This document shows positions 10,278 to 26,853 of a stretch of DNA of 64,000 bases, one piece after another. Within the stretch, counting starts at the first letter, position 1, and every line of letters begins with the position of its first letter. The position numbers were made by a program, and so were the translations under genes. The notes under the pieces were generated by a model. That model saw only the letters and a program-made list of their open reading frames with translations. It was not told the DNA's origin and searched no databases. Location of the stretch: the NCBI RefSeq assembly GCF_055900595.2, contig NZ_CM148325.1; one strand, given 5' to 3'.

Positions 10278-11612
10278 TCACTCTTCTGTCGTTTGCGGTG
10301 GCACGCCCGTTCCGCTTGGTTTACGGCGCTTACCAATATTTTTGGTGTCGCGATGGCGTTTTTTCACCCGCGGCTTCTCTTTCTCTTTAGCCTTTTTCTT
10401 CTCGGCGCGTTTTGCCAGTACTTTCTTCGATGGCTTGCCGGTCTGCTTCTCACTTGGCGCACGCGTTTTCGGGCGTAACTCATCAATTACGCGAGCTTTA
10501 ATTGGCTCTTCAATATAACGGCCTACTTTGCCCAGCAGCAGATGGTCATGAGCTTCAACCAGTGAAATCGCGGTTCCCTTACGACCAGCGCGAGCAGTAC
10601 GTCCGATACGGTGTAAATAAGTATCGCCACTGCGTGGCATATCGAAGTTAAAAACATGGCTGACATCCGGAATGTCGATACCGCGCGCGGCAACATCGGT
10701 GGCAACCAGTACGTTTACGCGACCTTCGGTCAGACGTTTAATCGCTTCGTTACGCTTACCTTGTACCATCTCGCCTTCGAGATAGCAGTTGTTGATGCCC
10801 GCTTCGCGCAGCCAGTTTGCCAGCTCATGCACACGCTCACGCTTACGCACAAATACGATTGAGCGAGTCGCTTCCGGCTGTTTTAACAGGTGCACCAGCA
10901 ACGCGGTTTTATGTTCCAGGTCATCGGCGCGGTAATACCACTGATGAATCTTTTTGCGCTCACGGGTGGATGGATTCGCAGAAACTTCCACCGGATCTTC
11001 AAGCAGACGCTCGGCAAAATCCTGAATGGCATCGCCTTCAAGCGTTGCCGAGAAGAGCAGGGTCTGTTTACGCCAGCGCGTTTCGCCTGCAATATGTTCG
11101 ATATCCTGAGCAAAACCCATATCCAGCATACGGTCTGCTTCGTCGAGGATCAGCGTTTCAACCGCGCGGCAATCGAAGTTCTCTTCTTTTATGTATTGCA
11201 GCAGACGTCCGGTCGTGGCAACCACGATATCCTGGTTTTCGCTGAATACTTCCGCGTGGTTCATATAGGCTACGCCGCCGGTGATGGTGGCGATATCCAG
11301 ATGCGTATGTTTCGCCAGTTCGCGGGCATGATCGGCCACCTGCATCGCCAGTTCGCGAGTCGGGGTGAGGATCAAAATACGCGGCGGACCGGATTTCTTA
11401 CGGGGGAAATCGAGCAGGTGCTGCAACGCTGGCAGCAGATACGCCGCCGTTTTACCGGTGCCTGTCGGCGCAGAACCGAGTACATCACGGCCATCGAGCG
11501 CAGGCGGAATGGCGGCAGCCTGAATGGCGGTCGGGCGAGTGAAACCTTTATCCTGGAGGGCTTCCAGCAGGCTTTCGTCGAGTTCAAGTTCGGAAAAAGT
11601 CGTTACAGTCAT
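10278..11612 (-). CDS. srmB: DEAD-box ATP-dependent RNA helicase SrmB
   Basis: 444 aa; Walker [13 protein letters not shown] box (LILDEADRM), [13 protein letters not shown] motifs; Lys-rich C-terminus. Confidence 0.95.
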   Translation of the reverse strand: MTVTTFSELELDESLLEALQDKGFTRPTAIQAAAIPPALDGRDVLGSAPTGTGKTAAYLLPALQHLLDFPRKKSGPPRILILTPTRELAMQVADHARELAKHTHLDIATITGGVAYMNHAEVFSENQDIVVATTGRLLQYIKEENFDCRAVETLILDEADRMLDMGFAQDIEHIAGETRWRKQTLLFSATLEGDAIQDFAERLLEDPVEVSANPSTRERKKIHQWYYRADDLEHKTALLVHLLKQPEATRSIVFVRKRERVHELANWLREAGINNCYLEGEMVQGKRNEAIKRLTEGRVNVLVATDVAARGIDIPDVSHVFNFDMPRSGDTYLHRIGRTARAGRKGTAISLVEAHDHLLLGKVGRYIEEPIKARVIDELRPKTRAPSEKQTGKPSKKVLAKRAEKKKAKEKEKPRVKKRHRDTKNIGKRRKPSGTGVPPQTTEE

Positions 11613-11743
11613 GTTCTACCTCTGTGTGGGGCGCTGATTATAGACGTTACGGCTGCAATCTTCATCTGTTTGTATGGATATCGCTTCTCGGGTATTGTTC
11701 TCACCCGGTGCTATCGCCGTTTTTCCTGCAAGGTTTTATTTTC

Positions 11744-14130
<2,387 letters not shown>

Positions 14131-14384
14131 TCATGTTGTGCGATTAAACACCTGCTATTTTAATTTTTGTTACAGAGGCTAAACAGACCGAATCACGGCG
14201 ACGAGAAAACGAGAAGTTACTGGCTGGCGAAGGATTATGTGGTGAAATAAAAAGGCCGTTGGGTTACTCTTCAGGCAGTTAAATGGGCATTTCTACACAG
14301 ATAATGCGATGTTCAGATTCTGTAGACTTATAATGATAGATAATGATCCGTCTACAGCATGACAAACAAAAACAGATGCGTTAC

Positions 14385-14412
14385 GGAACTTTACAAAAAC
14401 GAGACACTCTAA
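14385..14412 (+). promoter_or_regulatory. SigmaE-dependent promoter upstream of rpoE (GGAACTT-N16-TCTAA)
   Basis: Exact match to sigmaE -35 GGAACTT and -10 TCTAA with 16-bp spacer, about 85 bp upstream of rpoE start. Confidence 0.8.
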
Positions 14413-14494
14413 CCCTTTGCTTGCTCAAATTGCAGCTAATGGAGTGGCGTTTCGATAGCGCGTGGAAATTTGGTTTGGGGAGACTTTACCTCGG

Positions 14495-15070
14495 ATGAGC
14501 GAGCAGTTAACGGACCAGGTCCTGGTTGAACGGGTCCAGAAGGGAGATCAGAAAGCCTTTAACTTACTGGTAGTGCGCTATCAGCATAAAGTGGCGAGTC
14601 TGGTTTCCCGCTATGTGCCGTCGGGTGATGTTCCCGATGTGGTACAAGAAGCTTTTATTAAAGCCTATCGTGCGCTGGATTCGTTCCGGGGAGATAGCGC
14701 TTTTTATACATGGCTGTATCGGATTGCTGTAAATACAGCGAAAAATTACCTGGTTGCTCAGGGACGCCGTCCACCTTCCAGTGATGTGGATGCCATTGAA
14801 GCTGAAAACTTCGAAAGTGGCGGCGCGTTGAAAGAAATTTCGAACCCTGAGAACTTAATGTTGTCAGAAGAACTGAGACAGATAGTTTTCCGAACTATTG
14901 AGTCCCTCCCGGAAGATTTACGCATGGCAATAACCTTGCGGGAGCTGGATGGCCTGAGCTATGAAGAGATAGCCGCTATCATGGATTGTCCGGTAGGTAC
15001 GGTGCGTTCACGTATCTTCCGAGCGAGGGAAGCTATTGATAACAAAGTTCAACCGCTTATCAGGCGTTGA
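14495..15070 (+). CDS. rpoE: RNA polymerase sigma factor sigmaE (sigma-24, ECF family)
   Basis: 191 aa; sequence recognised (MSEQLTDQVLVERVQKGDQKAFNLLVVRYQHKV...). Confidence 0.97.
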   Translation: MSEQLTDQVLVERVQKGDQKAFNLLVVRYQHKVASLVSRYVPSGDVPDVVQEAFIKAYRALDSFRGDSAFYTWLYRIAVNTAKNYLVAQGRRPPSSDVDAIEAENFESGGALKEISNPENLMLSEELRQIVFRTIESLPEDLRMAITLRELDGLSYEEIAAIMDCPVGTVRSRIFRAREAIDNKVQPLIRR

Positions 15071-15102
15071 CGATAGCGGGATACTGGATAAGGGTATTAG
15101 GC

Positions 15103-15753
15103 ATGCAGAAAGAACAACTTTCCGCTTTAATGGATGGCGAAACGCTGGATAGTGAGCTGCTTAACGAACTGGCTCATAACCCAGAAATGCAGAAAACCTG
15201 GGAAAGCTATCACTTAATCCGTGACTCAATGCGGGGTGATACTCCCGAGGTGCTCCATTTCGATATCTCTTCACGCGTAATGGCCGCCATTGAAGAAGAG
15301 CCAGTACGTCAACCGGCGACACTGATCCCAGAGGCCCAGCCTGCGCCGCATCAATGGCAGAAAATGCCATTCTGGCAGAAAGTACGTCCATGGGCAGCAC
15401 AGCTTACCCAAATGGGCGTAGCAGCATGCGTATCGCTTGCAGTTATCGTTGGCGTCCAGCACTATAATGGGCAATCTGAAACGTCCCAGCAGCCCGAAAC
15501 GCCAGTATTTAATACACTGCCGATGATGGGTAAAGCCAGCCCGGTTAGCCTGGGAGTACCTTCTGAAGCGACTGCAAATAATGGTCAACAGCAGCAGGTA
15601 CAGGAGCAGCGTCGTCGCATTAATGCAATGTTGCAGGATTACGAACTGCAACGTCGACTCCACTCTGAACAGCTTCAGTTTGAGCAGGCCCAAACACAGC
15701 AAGCCGCTGTACAGGTGCCAGGAATTCAAACTTTAGGAACGCAATCGCAGTAA
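15103..15753 (+). CDS. rseA: Anti-sigmaE factor RseA
   Basis: 216 aa; N-terminal anti-sigma domain, single TM segment, Gln-rich periplasmic tail; overlaps rseB start (TAATG). Confidence 0.95.
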   Translation: MQKEQLSALMDGETLDSELLNELAHNPEMQKTWESYHLIRDSMRGDTPEVLHFDISSRVMAAIEEEPVRQPATLIPEAQPAPHQWQKMPFWQKVRPWAAQLTQMGVAACVSLAVIVGVQHYNGQSETSQQPETPVFNTLPMMGKASPVSLGVPSEATANNGQQQQVQEQRRRINAMLQDYELQRRLHSEQLQFEQAQTQQAAVQVPGIQTLGTQSQ

Positions 15754-16709
15754 TGAAGCAACTTTGGTTTGCCATGTCATTAGTGACAGGTAGCCTGTTA
15801 TTCTCTGCTAACGCCTCGGCCACTCCCGCGTCCGGGGCGTTATTACAGCAGATGAACCTGGCCAGTCAGTCACTGAATTACGAGCTGTCATTCATCAGCA
15901 TCAATAAACAGGGTGTTGAGTCTCTGCGTTATCGACATGCACGCCTCGATAACCGTCCTCTTGCACAATTGTTGCAAATGGATGGCCCGCGCCGGGAAGT
16001 GGTACAGCGCGGCAATGAAATCAGCTACTTTGAACCGGGCCTTGAACCGTTCACGCTTAATGGCGATTACATTGTTGATTCTCTGCCATCGCTCATCTAT
16101 ACCGATTTCAAACGCCTTTCTCCTTACTACGACTTTATCTCCGTGGGACGCACGCGTATTGCTGATCGTCTTTGCGAAGTCATTCGCGTGGTGGCCCGTG
16201 ATGGCACACGCTACAGCTACATCGTGTGGATGGACACCGAATCGAAATTACCGATGCGGGTTGATCTCCTTGATCGCGATGGTGAAACGCTGGAACAATT
16301 TCGCGTGATTGCTTTTAACGTTAATCAGGATATCAGCAGCAGTATGCAGACGCTGGCGAAAGCAAATCTGCCGCCGCTGCTTTCTGTTCCTGTAGGTGAA
16401 AAAGCTAAATTCAGCTGGACGCCAACCTGGTTGCCACAGGGGTTTAGTGAAGTTTCCAGCAGCCGACGTCCGTTACCGACGATGGACAACATGCCTATCG
16501 AATCACGTCTCTATTCCGACGGATTATTCAGCTTCTCGGTAAACGTTAACCGCGCTACGCCATCGAGCACCGATCAGATGTTGCGCACCGGACGCAGAAC
16601 CGTCAGTACAAGCGTACGTGATAACGCCGAAATCACCATTGTCGGCGAACTGCCGCCGCAAACGGCGAAACGCATTGCCGAGAATATTAAGTTCGGGGCA
16701 GCGCAATGA
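15753..16709 (+). CDS. rseB: SigmaE regulatory protein RseB (periplasmic)
   Basis: 318 aa with signal peptide; operon position. Confidence 0.95.
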   Translation: MKQLWFAMSLVTGSLLFSANASATPASGALLQQMNLASQSLNYELSFISINKQGVESLRYRHARLDNRPLAQLLQMDGPRREVVQRGNEISYFEPGLEPFTLNGDYIVDSLPSLIYTDFKRLSPYYDFISVGRTRIADRLCEVIRVVARDGTRYSYIVWMDTESKLPMRVDLLDRDGETLEQFRVIAFNVNQDISSSMQTLAKANLPPLLSVPVGEKAKFSWTPTWLPQGFSEVSSSRRPLPTMDNMPIESRLYSDGLFSFSVNVNRATPSSTDQMLRTGRRTVSTSVRDNAEITIVGELPPQTAKRIAENIKFGAAQ

Positions 16710-17185
16710 TCAAAGAGTGGGCTACGGTCGTCTCCTGGCAAAACGGGCAGGCGCTGGTCAGTTGTGATGTTAAAGCCTCATGCAGCAGCTGTGCTTCCCG
16801 TGTCGGTTGCGGTAGCCGCGTGCTGAATAAACTTGGCCCACAAACCACGCATACCATTGTCGTACCCTGTGATGAACCGTTAGTACCGGGGCAAAAAGTG
16901 GAATTAGGAATCACCGAAGGCAGCCTGCTTAGCTCCGCATTACTGGTTTATATGTCGCCGTTGGTGGGATTATTCCTCATCGCTTCGTTATTTCAGCTAC
17001 TCTTTGCTTCAGATCTTGCAGCATTATGCGGTGCGATTCTCGGCGGCGTTGGTGGATTCCTGATTGCACGCAGCTACTCGCGAAAGTTTGCTGCCCGGGC
17101 AGAATGGCAACCGATCATCTTAAGCGTGGCATTGCCGCCAGGCCTTGTGCGATTTGAAACATCTTCGGAAGACGCGAGCCAGTGA
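16706..17185 (+). CDS. rseC: SigmaE regulatory protein RseC
   Basis: 159 aa membrane protein; 4-bp overlap with rseB. Confidence 0.92.
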   Translation: MIKEWATVVSWQNGQALVSCDVKASCSSCASRVGCGSRVLNKLGPQTTHTIVVPCDEPLVPGQKVELGITEGSLLSSALLVYMSPLVGLFLIASLFQLLFASDLAALCGAILGGVGGFLIARSYSRKFAARAEWQPIILSVALPPGLVRFETSSEDASQ

Positions 17186-17382
17186 TTTCACTGGCTTTGT
17201 TGCATTTTGCATAACAAATGCGAGGACGTTTCCAGATACCACAATCCATACCGTATGAACATTTCCTCGCCTCAATGTTGTAGTGTAGAATGCGGCGTTT
17301 CTATTAATACAGACGTTAAGCTCAGAACAGCGACTTCTAAAAGCCTGGTTAACCGGGCATTAAGGCACAATAATCATACTTT

Positions 17383-19182
<1,800 letters not shown>

Positions 19183-19197
19183 CCCTTAGGAGTTGGC

Positions 19198-20172
19198 ATG
19201 GCGAATATGTTTGCCCTCATTCTGGTGATTGCCACACTGGTGACGGGCATTTTATGGTGCGTGGATAAATTCTTTTTCGCACCTAAGCGACGGGAACGTC
19301 AGGCAGCGGCTCAAGCGGCTGCTGGTGACTCACTGGATAAAGCAACGCTGAAAAAAGTTGCACCGAAGCCAGGTTGGCTGGAAACCGGGGCTTCTGTTTT
19401 TCCAGTGCTGGCTATTGTATTGATTGTGCGTTCGTTTATTTATGAACCGTTCCAGATCCCGTCAGGTTCGATGATGCCGACTCTGTTAATCGGTGACTTT
19501 ATTCTGGTAGAAAAGTTTGCTTACGGCATTAAAGATCCTATCTACCAGAAAACGCTGATCGAAACCGGTCATCCGAAGCGTGGCGATATCGTGGTCTTTA
19601 AATACCCGGAAGATCCAAAGCTTGATTACATCAAGCGTGCGGTGGGTTTACCGGGCGATAAAGTCACTTACGATCCGGTTTCAAAAGAGCTGACGATTCA
19701 GCCGGGATGCAGTTCCGGTCAGGCGTGTGAAAACGCGCTGCCGGTCACCTACTCAAACGTGGAACCGAGCGATTTCGTTCAGACCTTCTCGCGCCGTAAT
19801 GGTGGGGAAGCAACCAGCGGATTCTTTGAAGTGCCGAAAAACGAAACCAAAGAAAATGGAATTCGTCTTTCCGAGCGTAAAGAGACTCTGGGTGATGTGA
19901 CGCACCGTATTTTGACAGTGCCGATTGCGCAGGATCAGGTGGGGATGTATTACCAGCAGCCAGGGCAACAACTGGCAACCTGGATTGTTCCACCGGGCCA
20001 ATACTTCATGATGGGTGACAACCGTGACAACAGCGCGGACAGCCGTTACTGGGGCTTTGTGCCGGAAGCGAATCTGGTAGGTCGGGCAACGGCTATCTGG
20101 ATGAGTTTCGATAAGCAAGAAGGCGAATGGCCGACTGGTGTGCGCTTAAGTCGTATTGGCGGCATCCATTAA
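19198..20172 (+). CDS. lepB: Signal peptidase I (leader peptidase)
   Basis: 324 aa; catalytic Ser region GSMMPTL and Lys region; two N-terminal TM segments. Confidence 0.96.
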   Translation: MANMFALILVIATLVTGILWCVDKFFFAPKRRERQAAAQAAAGDSLDKATLKKVAPKPGWLETGASVFPVLAIVLIVRSFIYEPFQIPSGSMMPTLLIGDFILVEKFAYGIKDPIYQKTLIETGHPKRGDIVVFKYPEDPKLDYIKRAVGLPGDKVTYDPVSKELTIQPGCSSGQACENALPVTYSNVEPSDFVQTFSRRNGGEATSGFFEVPKNETKENGIRLSERKETLGDVTHRILTVPIAQDQVGMYYQQPGQQLATWIVPPGQYFMMGDNRDNSADSRYWGFVPEANLVGRATAIWMSFDKQEGEWPTGVRLSRIGGIH

Positions 20173-20185
20173 TAGCTTATCTTCG

Positions 20186-20220
20186 TTCACGTTGTCGCCG
20201 TTATGGCGACAACGTGAATT
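20186..20220 (+). terminator. Rho-independent terminator after lepB
   Basis: Hairpin TTCACGTTGTCGCC-gtta-TGGCGACAACGTGAA followed by T-rich tract. Confidence 0.7.
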
Positions 20221-20414
20221 ATTTATGAGATAAATCCCCCGTGGCTAACGACATCCCCCGTCGTTGTGTATAGAATATTCCCCCGAAGTTTAAGGTTGGC
20301 ACCTCCAGGTTGCCACGGCACACGAAACAGCGTTGGTCCCCATATACCGGTAAACTGAAACTGCAGCGAAGCAGTTAGCAGAGCCATGTATATCAGGTCT
20401 GTTTCGTGTGCTGA

Positions 20415-22027
<1,613 letters not shown>

Positions 22028-22158
22028 TTAGCATACTCTATGACTTTCGAGGTGCAGGAAGGCGGCAAGACCGTGAATCCCTGGGAGCTTACTAAAGTAA
22101 GTGACCAGGGTGAACGGGTGCAGCCAAGGCACCTGCAACTTGAAAGGCGACGAGTATG

Positions 22159-22887
22159 ATGGAAGGCTGGCAGCGCGCATTCGTATTGCATAGTCGCCCG
22201 TGGAGCGAAACCAGCCTGATGCTGGACGTCTTCACGGAGGAATCGGGTCGCGTGCGTCTGGTTGCCAAAGGCGCACGCTCTAAACGCTCTACTCTGAAAG
22301 GTGCATTACAGCCTTTCACCCCTCTCTTGCTACGTTTTGGCGGGCGTGGCGAAGTCAAAACGCTGCGCAGTGCCGAAGCTGTCTCGCTGGCGCTGCCATT
22401 AAGCGGTATCACCCTTTACAGTGGTTTGTACATTAACGAACTTCTCTCCCGCGTGCTGGAATACGAGACGCGCTTCTCTGAACTCTTTTTCGATTACTTG
22501 CACTGCATTCAGTCTCTTGCAGGTGCCACTGGTACGCCAGAACCCGCGCTGCGCCGCTTTGAACTGGCACTGCTCGGTCATCTGGGTTATGGCGTCAATT
22601 TTACCCATTGTGCGGGTAGCGGCGAGCCGGTAGATGACACCATGACGTATCGTTATCGCGAAGAAAAAGGGTTTATCGCAAGCGTCGTTATCGACAATAA
22701 AACGTTCACTGGAAGGCAGTTAAAAGCGTTAAACGCGCGGGAATTTCCTGACGCAGACACACTACGCGCCGCGAAACGCTTTACCCGTATGGCGCTTAAG
22801 CCGTATCTTGGCGGTAAACCATTAAAGAGCAGGGAACTGTTCCGGCAGTTTATGCCTAAGCGAACGGTGAAAACACATTATGAATGA
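22159..22887 (+). CDS. recO: DNA repair protein RecO
   Basis: 242 aa from second Met; operon position. Confidence 0.93.
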
Positions 22888-22898
22888 TGAGGATTGTC

Positions 22899-23630
22899 AT
22901 GGCTGAATTACTGTTAGGCGTCAACATTGACCATATTGCAACGCTGCGTAACGCACGTGGTACTGCTTACCCGGATCCGGTGCAGGCGGCGTTTATTGCT
23001 GAGCAGGCGGGGGCGGATGGCATTACCGTGCATCTACGTGAAGATCGTCGCCACATTACCGACCGCGACGTGCGCATCCTGCGTCAGACGCTGGATACCC
23101 GCATGAATCTGGAGATGGCGGTGACCGAAGAGATGCTGGCGATCGCCGTTGAAACAAAGCCGCATTTTTGCTGCCTGGTACCGGAAAAGCGTCAGGAAGT
23201 AACAACCGAAGGCGGCCTGGACGTCGCTGGACAGCGTGAAAAAATGCGCGATGCCTGCAAACGTCTGGCGGAGGCCGGGATCCTGGTTTCTCTGTTTATC
23301 GACGCCGATGAAGAGCAGATCAAAGCTGCGGCAGAGGTTGGCGCACCGTTTATCGAGATCCACACCGGTTGCTATGCTGATGCCAAAACTGACGCCGAAC
23401 AGGCGCAAGAGCTGGCGCGTATCGCCAAAGCCGCGGCCTTTGCCGCAAGTCTCGGTCTGAAAGTTAACGCTGGTCACGGTCTGACCTATCACAACGTGAA
23501 AGCCATTGCCGCCATTCCTGAGATGCACGAACTGAATATCGGTCATGCCATTATTGGTCGTGCAGTGATGACCGGACTGAAAGATGCGGTGGCAGAAATG
23601 AAGCGTTTGATGCTGGAAGCGCGTGGCTAA
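22899..23630 (+). CDS. pdxJ: Pyridoxine 5'-phosphate synthase PdxJ
   Basis: 243 aa from Met at 22899 ([21 protein letters not shown]...). Confidence 0.95.
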   Translation: MAELLLGVNIDHIATLRNARGTAYPDPVQAAFIAEQAGADGITVHLREDRRHITDRDVRILRQTLDTRMNLEMAVTEEMLAIAVETKPHFCCLVPEKRQEVTTEGGLDVAGQREKMRDACKRLAEAGILVSLFIDADEEQIKAAAEVGAPFIEIHTGCYADAKTDAEQAQELARIAKAAAFAASLGLKVNAGHGLTYHNVKAIAAIPEMHELNIGHAIIGRAVMTGLKDAVAEMKRLMLEARG

Positions 23631-24010
23631 TGGCAATATTAGGTTTAGGCACGGATATCGTGGAGATCGCTCGCATAGAAGCGGTGATCGCCCGATCCGG
23701 TGAGCGCCTGGCTCGCCGCGTATTAAGCGATAACGAATGGGAAATCTGGAAAACGCACCACCAGCCAGTGCGTTTTCTGGCGAAGCGCTTTGCCGTAAAA
23801 GAAGCCGCAGCAAAAGCGTTTGGCACCGGGATCCGCAATGGTCTGGCGTTTAATCAGTTTGAAGTATTTAACGATGAGCTTGGTAAGCCACGGCTGCGAC
23901 TGTGGGGCGAGGCATTAAAACTGGCGGAAAAGCTCGGCGTTGTAAATATGCATGTAACGCTGGCAGATGAACGCCACTATGCTTGCGCCACGGTAATTAT
24001 CGAAAGTTAA
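23630..24010 (+). CDS. acpS: Holo-[acyl-carrier-protein] synthase
   Basis: 126 aa; 1-bp overlap with pdxJ stop. Confidence 0.95.
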   Translation: MAILGLGTDIVEIARIEAVIARSGERLARRVLSDNEWEIWKTHHQPVRFLAKRFAVKEAAAKAFGTGIRNGLAFNQFEVFNDELGKPRLRLWGEALKLAEKLGVVNMHVTLADERHYACATVIIES

Positions 24011-24033
24011 AATAATACCGTTCTCTTTAAAAA

Positions 24034-24070
24034 GTAAAACCCCCGAACTGGTAAGGAACGGGGGTTTTAC
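24034..24070. terminator. Rho-independent terminator after acpS
   Basis: Hairpin AAAACCCCCG-n-CGGGGGTTTT followed by T-rich tract. Confidence 0.75.
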
Positions 24071-24429
24071 TTTACAACTTTAATTTTGTGCAGCACACGA
24101 TTCCAACAAAAATGATTATGGATCAATTTAGTTATCCTGTACAAGCAACTTGCAATCTTTAGCATAAAAACTCGAGCCTTTACGAAGAAATCGATATTGA
24201 TGAAAAGATTAACGTGACCGCTTTTTGATAAGTACATTAGAATCGGCGTCGTTATTGGATATTTTGCTGTGTTCTACGCCATGCCACTGAATTCCCCCAT
24301 TGAAACGAGTGGTGTCGTCAAAGCTCTGGTGTGGAGTGCGGCACTCGATTCCAATAACTCGCACGTTCAGTTTTGGGGAGATGTAAGGGCTAATCTGAAC
24401 GGCTGCATTCCTTGTTTAAGGAAAAACGA

Positions 24430-24510
24430 ATGACTGATTGCCGATACCTGATTAAACGGGTCATTAAAGTCGTCATTGCTGTTTTACAGCTGATCCTTCT
24501 GTTCTTGTAA
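24430..24510 (+). CDS. shoB: Type I toxin ShoB-like small hydrophobic peptide (26 aa, MTDCRYLIKRVIKVVIAVLQLILLFL)
   Basis: Short ORF with SD (AGGAAAAACG) in the acpS-yfhL intergenic region; peptide matches ShoB as I recall it. Confidence 0.75.
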   Translation: MTDCRYLIKRVIKVVIAVLQLILLFL

Positions 24511-24703
24511 CACCAGGAAACGTACTTAAGGCGCGTCAGGTTAACCAGCCAGGCGCGCCTTTAATAATTATAAATAAATGTCTGGGCAGATATTATATAA
24601 ATTCATTTGGTGAATAATTATGCTAATGTCATCAATTAAATAAATATAATGGCGTTAAGGCTTTCCTGTAAAATATTTAATACTCTACTTCCAGAGCAAA
24701 ATA

Positions 24704-25000
<297 letters not shown>

Positions 25001-25129
25001 TTATACGCGCATTCTTTACTCAAACCAGTTTTTTCACCAACGCTTCACTATGACGAATACGTTCTGGTGCCAGCTCCAGATCCTGCTGAATCAGCGCAAT
25101 GAACAGTAAATCCGGGTAATGACTCCAAC

Positions 25130-25633
25130 TTATTGATAGTGTTTTATGTTCAGATAATGCCCGATGACTTTGTCATGCAGCTCCACCGATTTTGAGAACG
25201 ACAGCGACTTCCGTCCCAGCCGTGCCAGGTGCTGCCTCAGATTCAGGTTATGCCGCTCAATTCGCTGCGTATATCGCTTGCTGATTACGTGCAGCTTTCC
25301 CTTCAGGCGGGATTCATACAGCGGCCAGCCATCCGTCATCCATATCACCACGTCAAAGGGTGACAGCAGGCTCATAAGACGCCCCAGCGTCGCCATAGTG
25401 CGTTCACCGAATACGTGCGCAACAACCGTCTTCCGGAGCCTGTCATACGCGTAAAACAGCCAGCGCTGGCGCGATTTAGCCCCGACATAGCCCCACTGTT
25501 CGTCCATTTCCGCGCAGACGATGACGTCACTGCCCGGCTGTATGCGCGAGGTTACCGACTGCGGCCTGAGTTTTTTAAGTGACGTAAAATCGTGTTGAGG
25601 CCAACGCCCATAATGCGGGCAGTTGCCCGGCAT
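25130..25633 (-). CDS. insB: IS1 InsB (C-terminal part of InsAB' transposase, made by -1 frameshift)
   Basis: 167-aa ORF overlapping insA in the -1 frame; typical IS1 organisation. Confidence 0.95.
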
Positions 25634-25827
25634 CCAACGCCATTCATGGCCATATCAATGATTTTCTGGTGCGTACCGGGTTGAGAAGCGGTGTAAGTGA
25701 ACTGCAGTTGCCATGTTTTACGGCAGTGAGAGCAGAGATAGCGCTGATGTCCGGCGGTGCTTTTGCCGTTACGCACCACCCCGTCAGTAGCTGAACAGGA
25801 GGGACAGCTGATAGAAACAGAAGCCAC
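25552..25827 (-). CDS. insA: IS1 InsA (transposition inhibitor / N-terminal part of InsAB' transposase)
   Basis: 91 aa, [37 protein letters not shown]... zinc-finger motif. Confidence 0.97.
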
Positions 25828-25877
25828 TGGAGCACCTCAAAAACACCATCATACACTAAATCAGTAAGTTGGCAGCA

Positions 25878-26645
25878 TCACCGTAAATCCGTTAACATTC
25901 CCTGAGCGTGACAAGCAGAGATTGCAGCACTGTTTGTCGCTTGTTCTTCGGCAATGGTATACAGGCAATGAGAAGCACGCTGTTGCAGGGCATTGGGAGT
26001 AAAGCCGGTAATCGCCAGCACTTTTCCGCCCACTCGCAGCATCTCATCTGCCGCCAGGTTTAACTCGCGTCGTACACCGGTGTAGGAAATGGCTAATAAC
26101 AGATCGTCAGGGGACGACGCCTGTACTGTAGCGAGTAGCGCATGCATATCGCGCACTGCGGCAGCATTGAAGCCAATCTTCATCAGCTTCCAGGCAAAGT
26201 TTTGCGCCACCAGACCCGAAGCGCCAATACCGGTCAGAATTATCCGCCGTGCAGAGCGCAACATTGTTACGCATTCATGCAGTTTCTCTTCACTATTAAC
26301 ATTTAGCGTTGCGTACATAGCGGCAGTATTTTCTTTAATCAGTTTTTCGCCGACCAGCCGTAACGGATCATCACCGCGGATTTGGTTATGAATGGGCACG
26401 GAGGGAGATTCCGGCTGGCTTGCCAGCGCTTCACTCAACGCCAACTTAAGTGCCGGAAAACCTTTATAGCCGAGTTTTTGCGCGAACTTCACGACGCTGG
26501 ACTGACTGACTCCGGCTTCGTTGGCCAGTTGCTGAGAGCTTAAATGGCGCGCCGTATCAGGTTGTAGCAGCAGATAGTCCGCCAGTTTTTTATCACTCTG
26601 GGCAAGCCCCTGGTAACGCTGACGGATACGAAGTAAGCCGTTCAT
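25878..26645 (-). pseudogene. yfhH: RpiR/MurR-family regulator YfhH (HTH + SIS domain), 3' end interrupted by IS1: native last 28 codons replaced by a single Arg codon plus stop inside the IS1 end
   Basis: Reading frame runs from Met at 26645 into the IS1 terminus; the displaced native 3' remnant (25020..25105) lies on the other side of IS1 in the same frame. Confidence 0.8.
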
Positions 26646-26853
26646 ATCTTTCCTCGCGATGAAATAGTGGCGACAACAGGCAATATGAGACAAACGCGGG
26701 TGAATTTTATATTCCATTGCCGCTAATTGCCATGAATTAAAAATTCCAGTTAGCCATGATGCGGTCGATTGTTGCCGGAAAAGTGATGATCTATCTGTTA
26801 GGCTATGTAGTAGCGAAAATTAATCAGGATGTTTCAGTCCAGAGGAGTATGGT

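Larger units (their letters stand above)
25115..25882 (-). mobile_element. IS1 insertion sequence (768 bp) with terminal inverted repeats and 9-bp target-site duplication GTAAATCCG (25106..25114 and 25883..25891)
   Basis: Ends GGTAATGACTCCAACTTATTGATAGTG and CACTAAATCAGTAAGTTGGCAGCATCACC match IS1 IRs; encodes InsA and InsB; perfect 9-bp direct repeats flank it. Confidence 0.97.

Noticed and set aside
10084-10478. Small ORFs (65, 121, 85 aa) in the yfiE-srmB spacer
   Set aside because: They translate REP/BIME palindromes and the srmB 3' region; repeat-derived, not coding.
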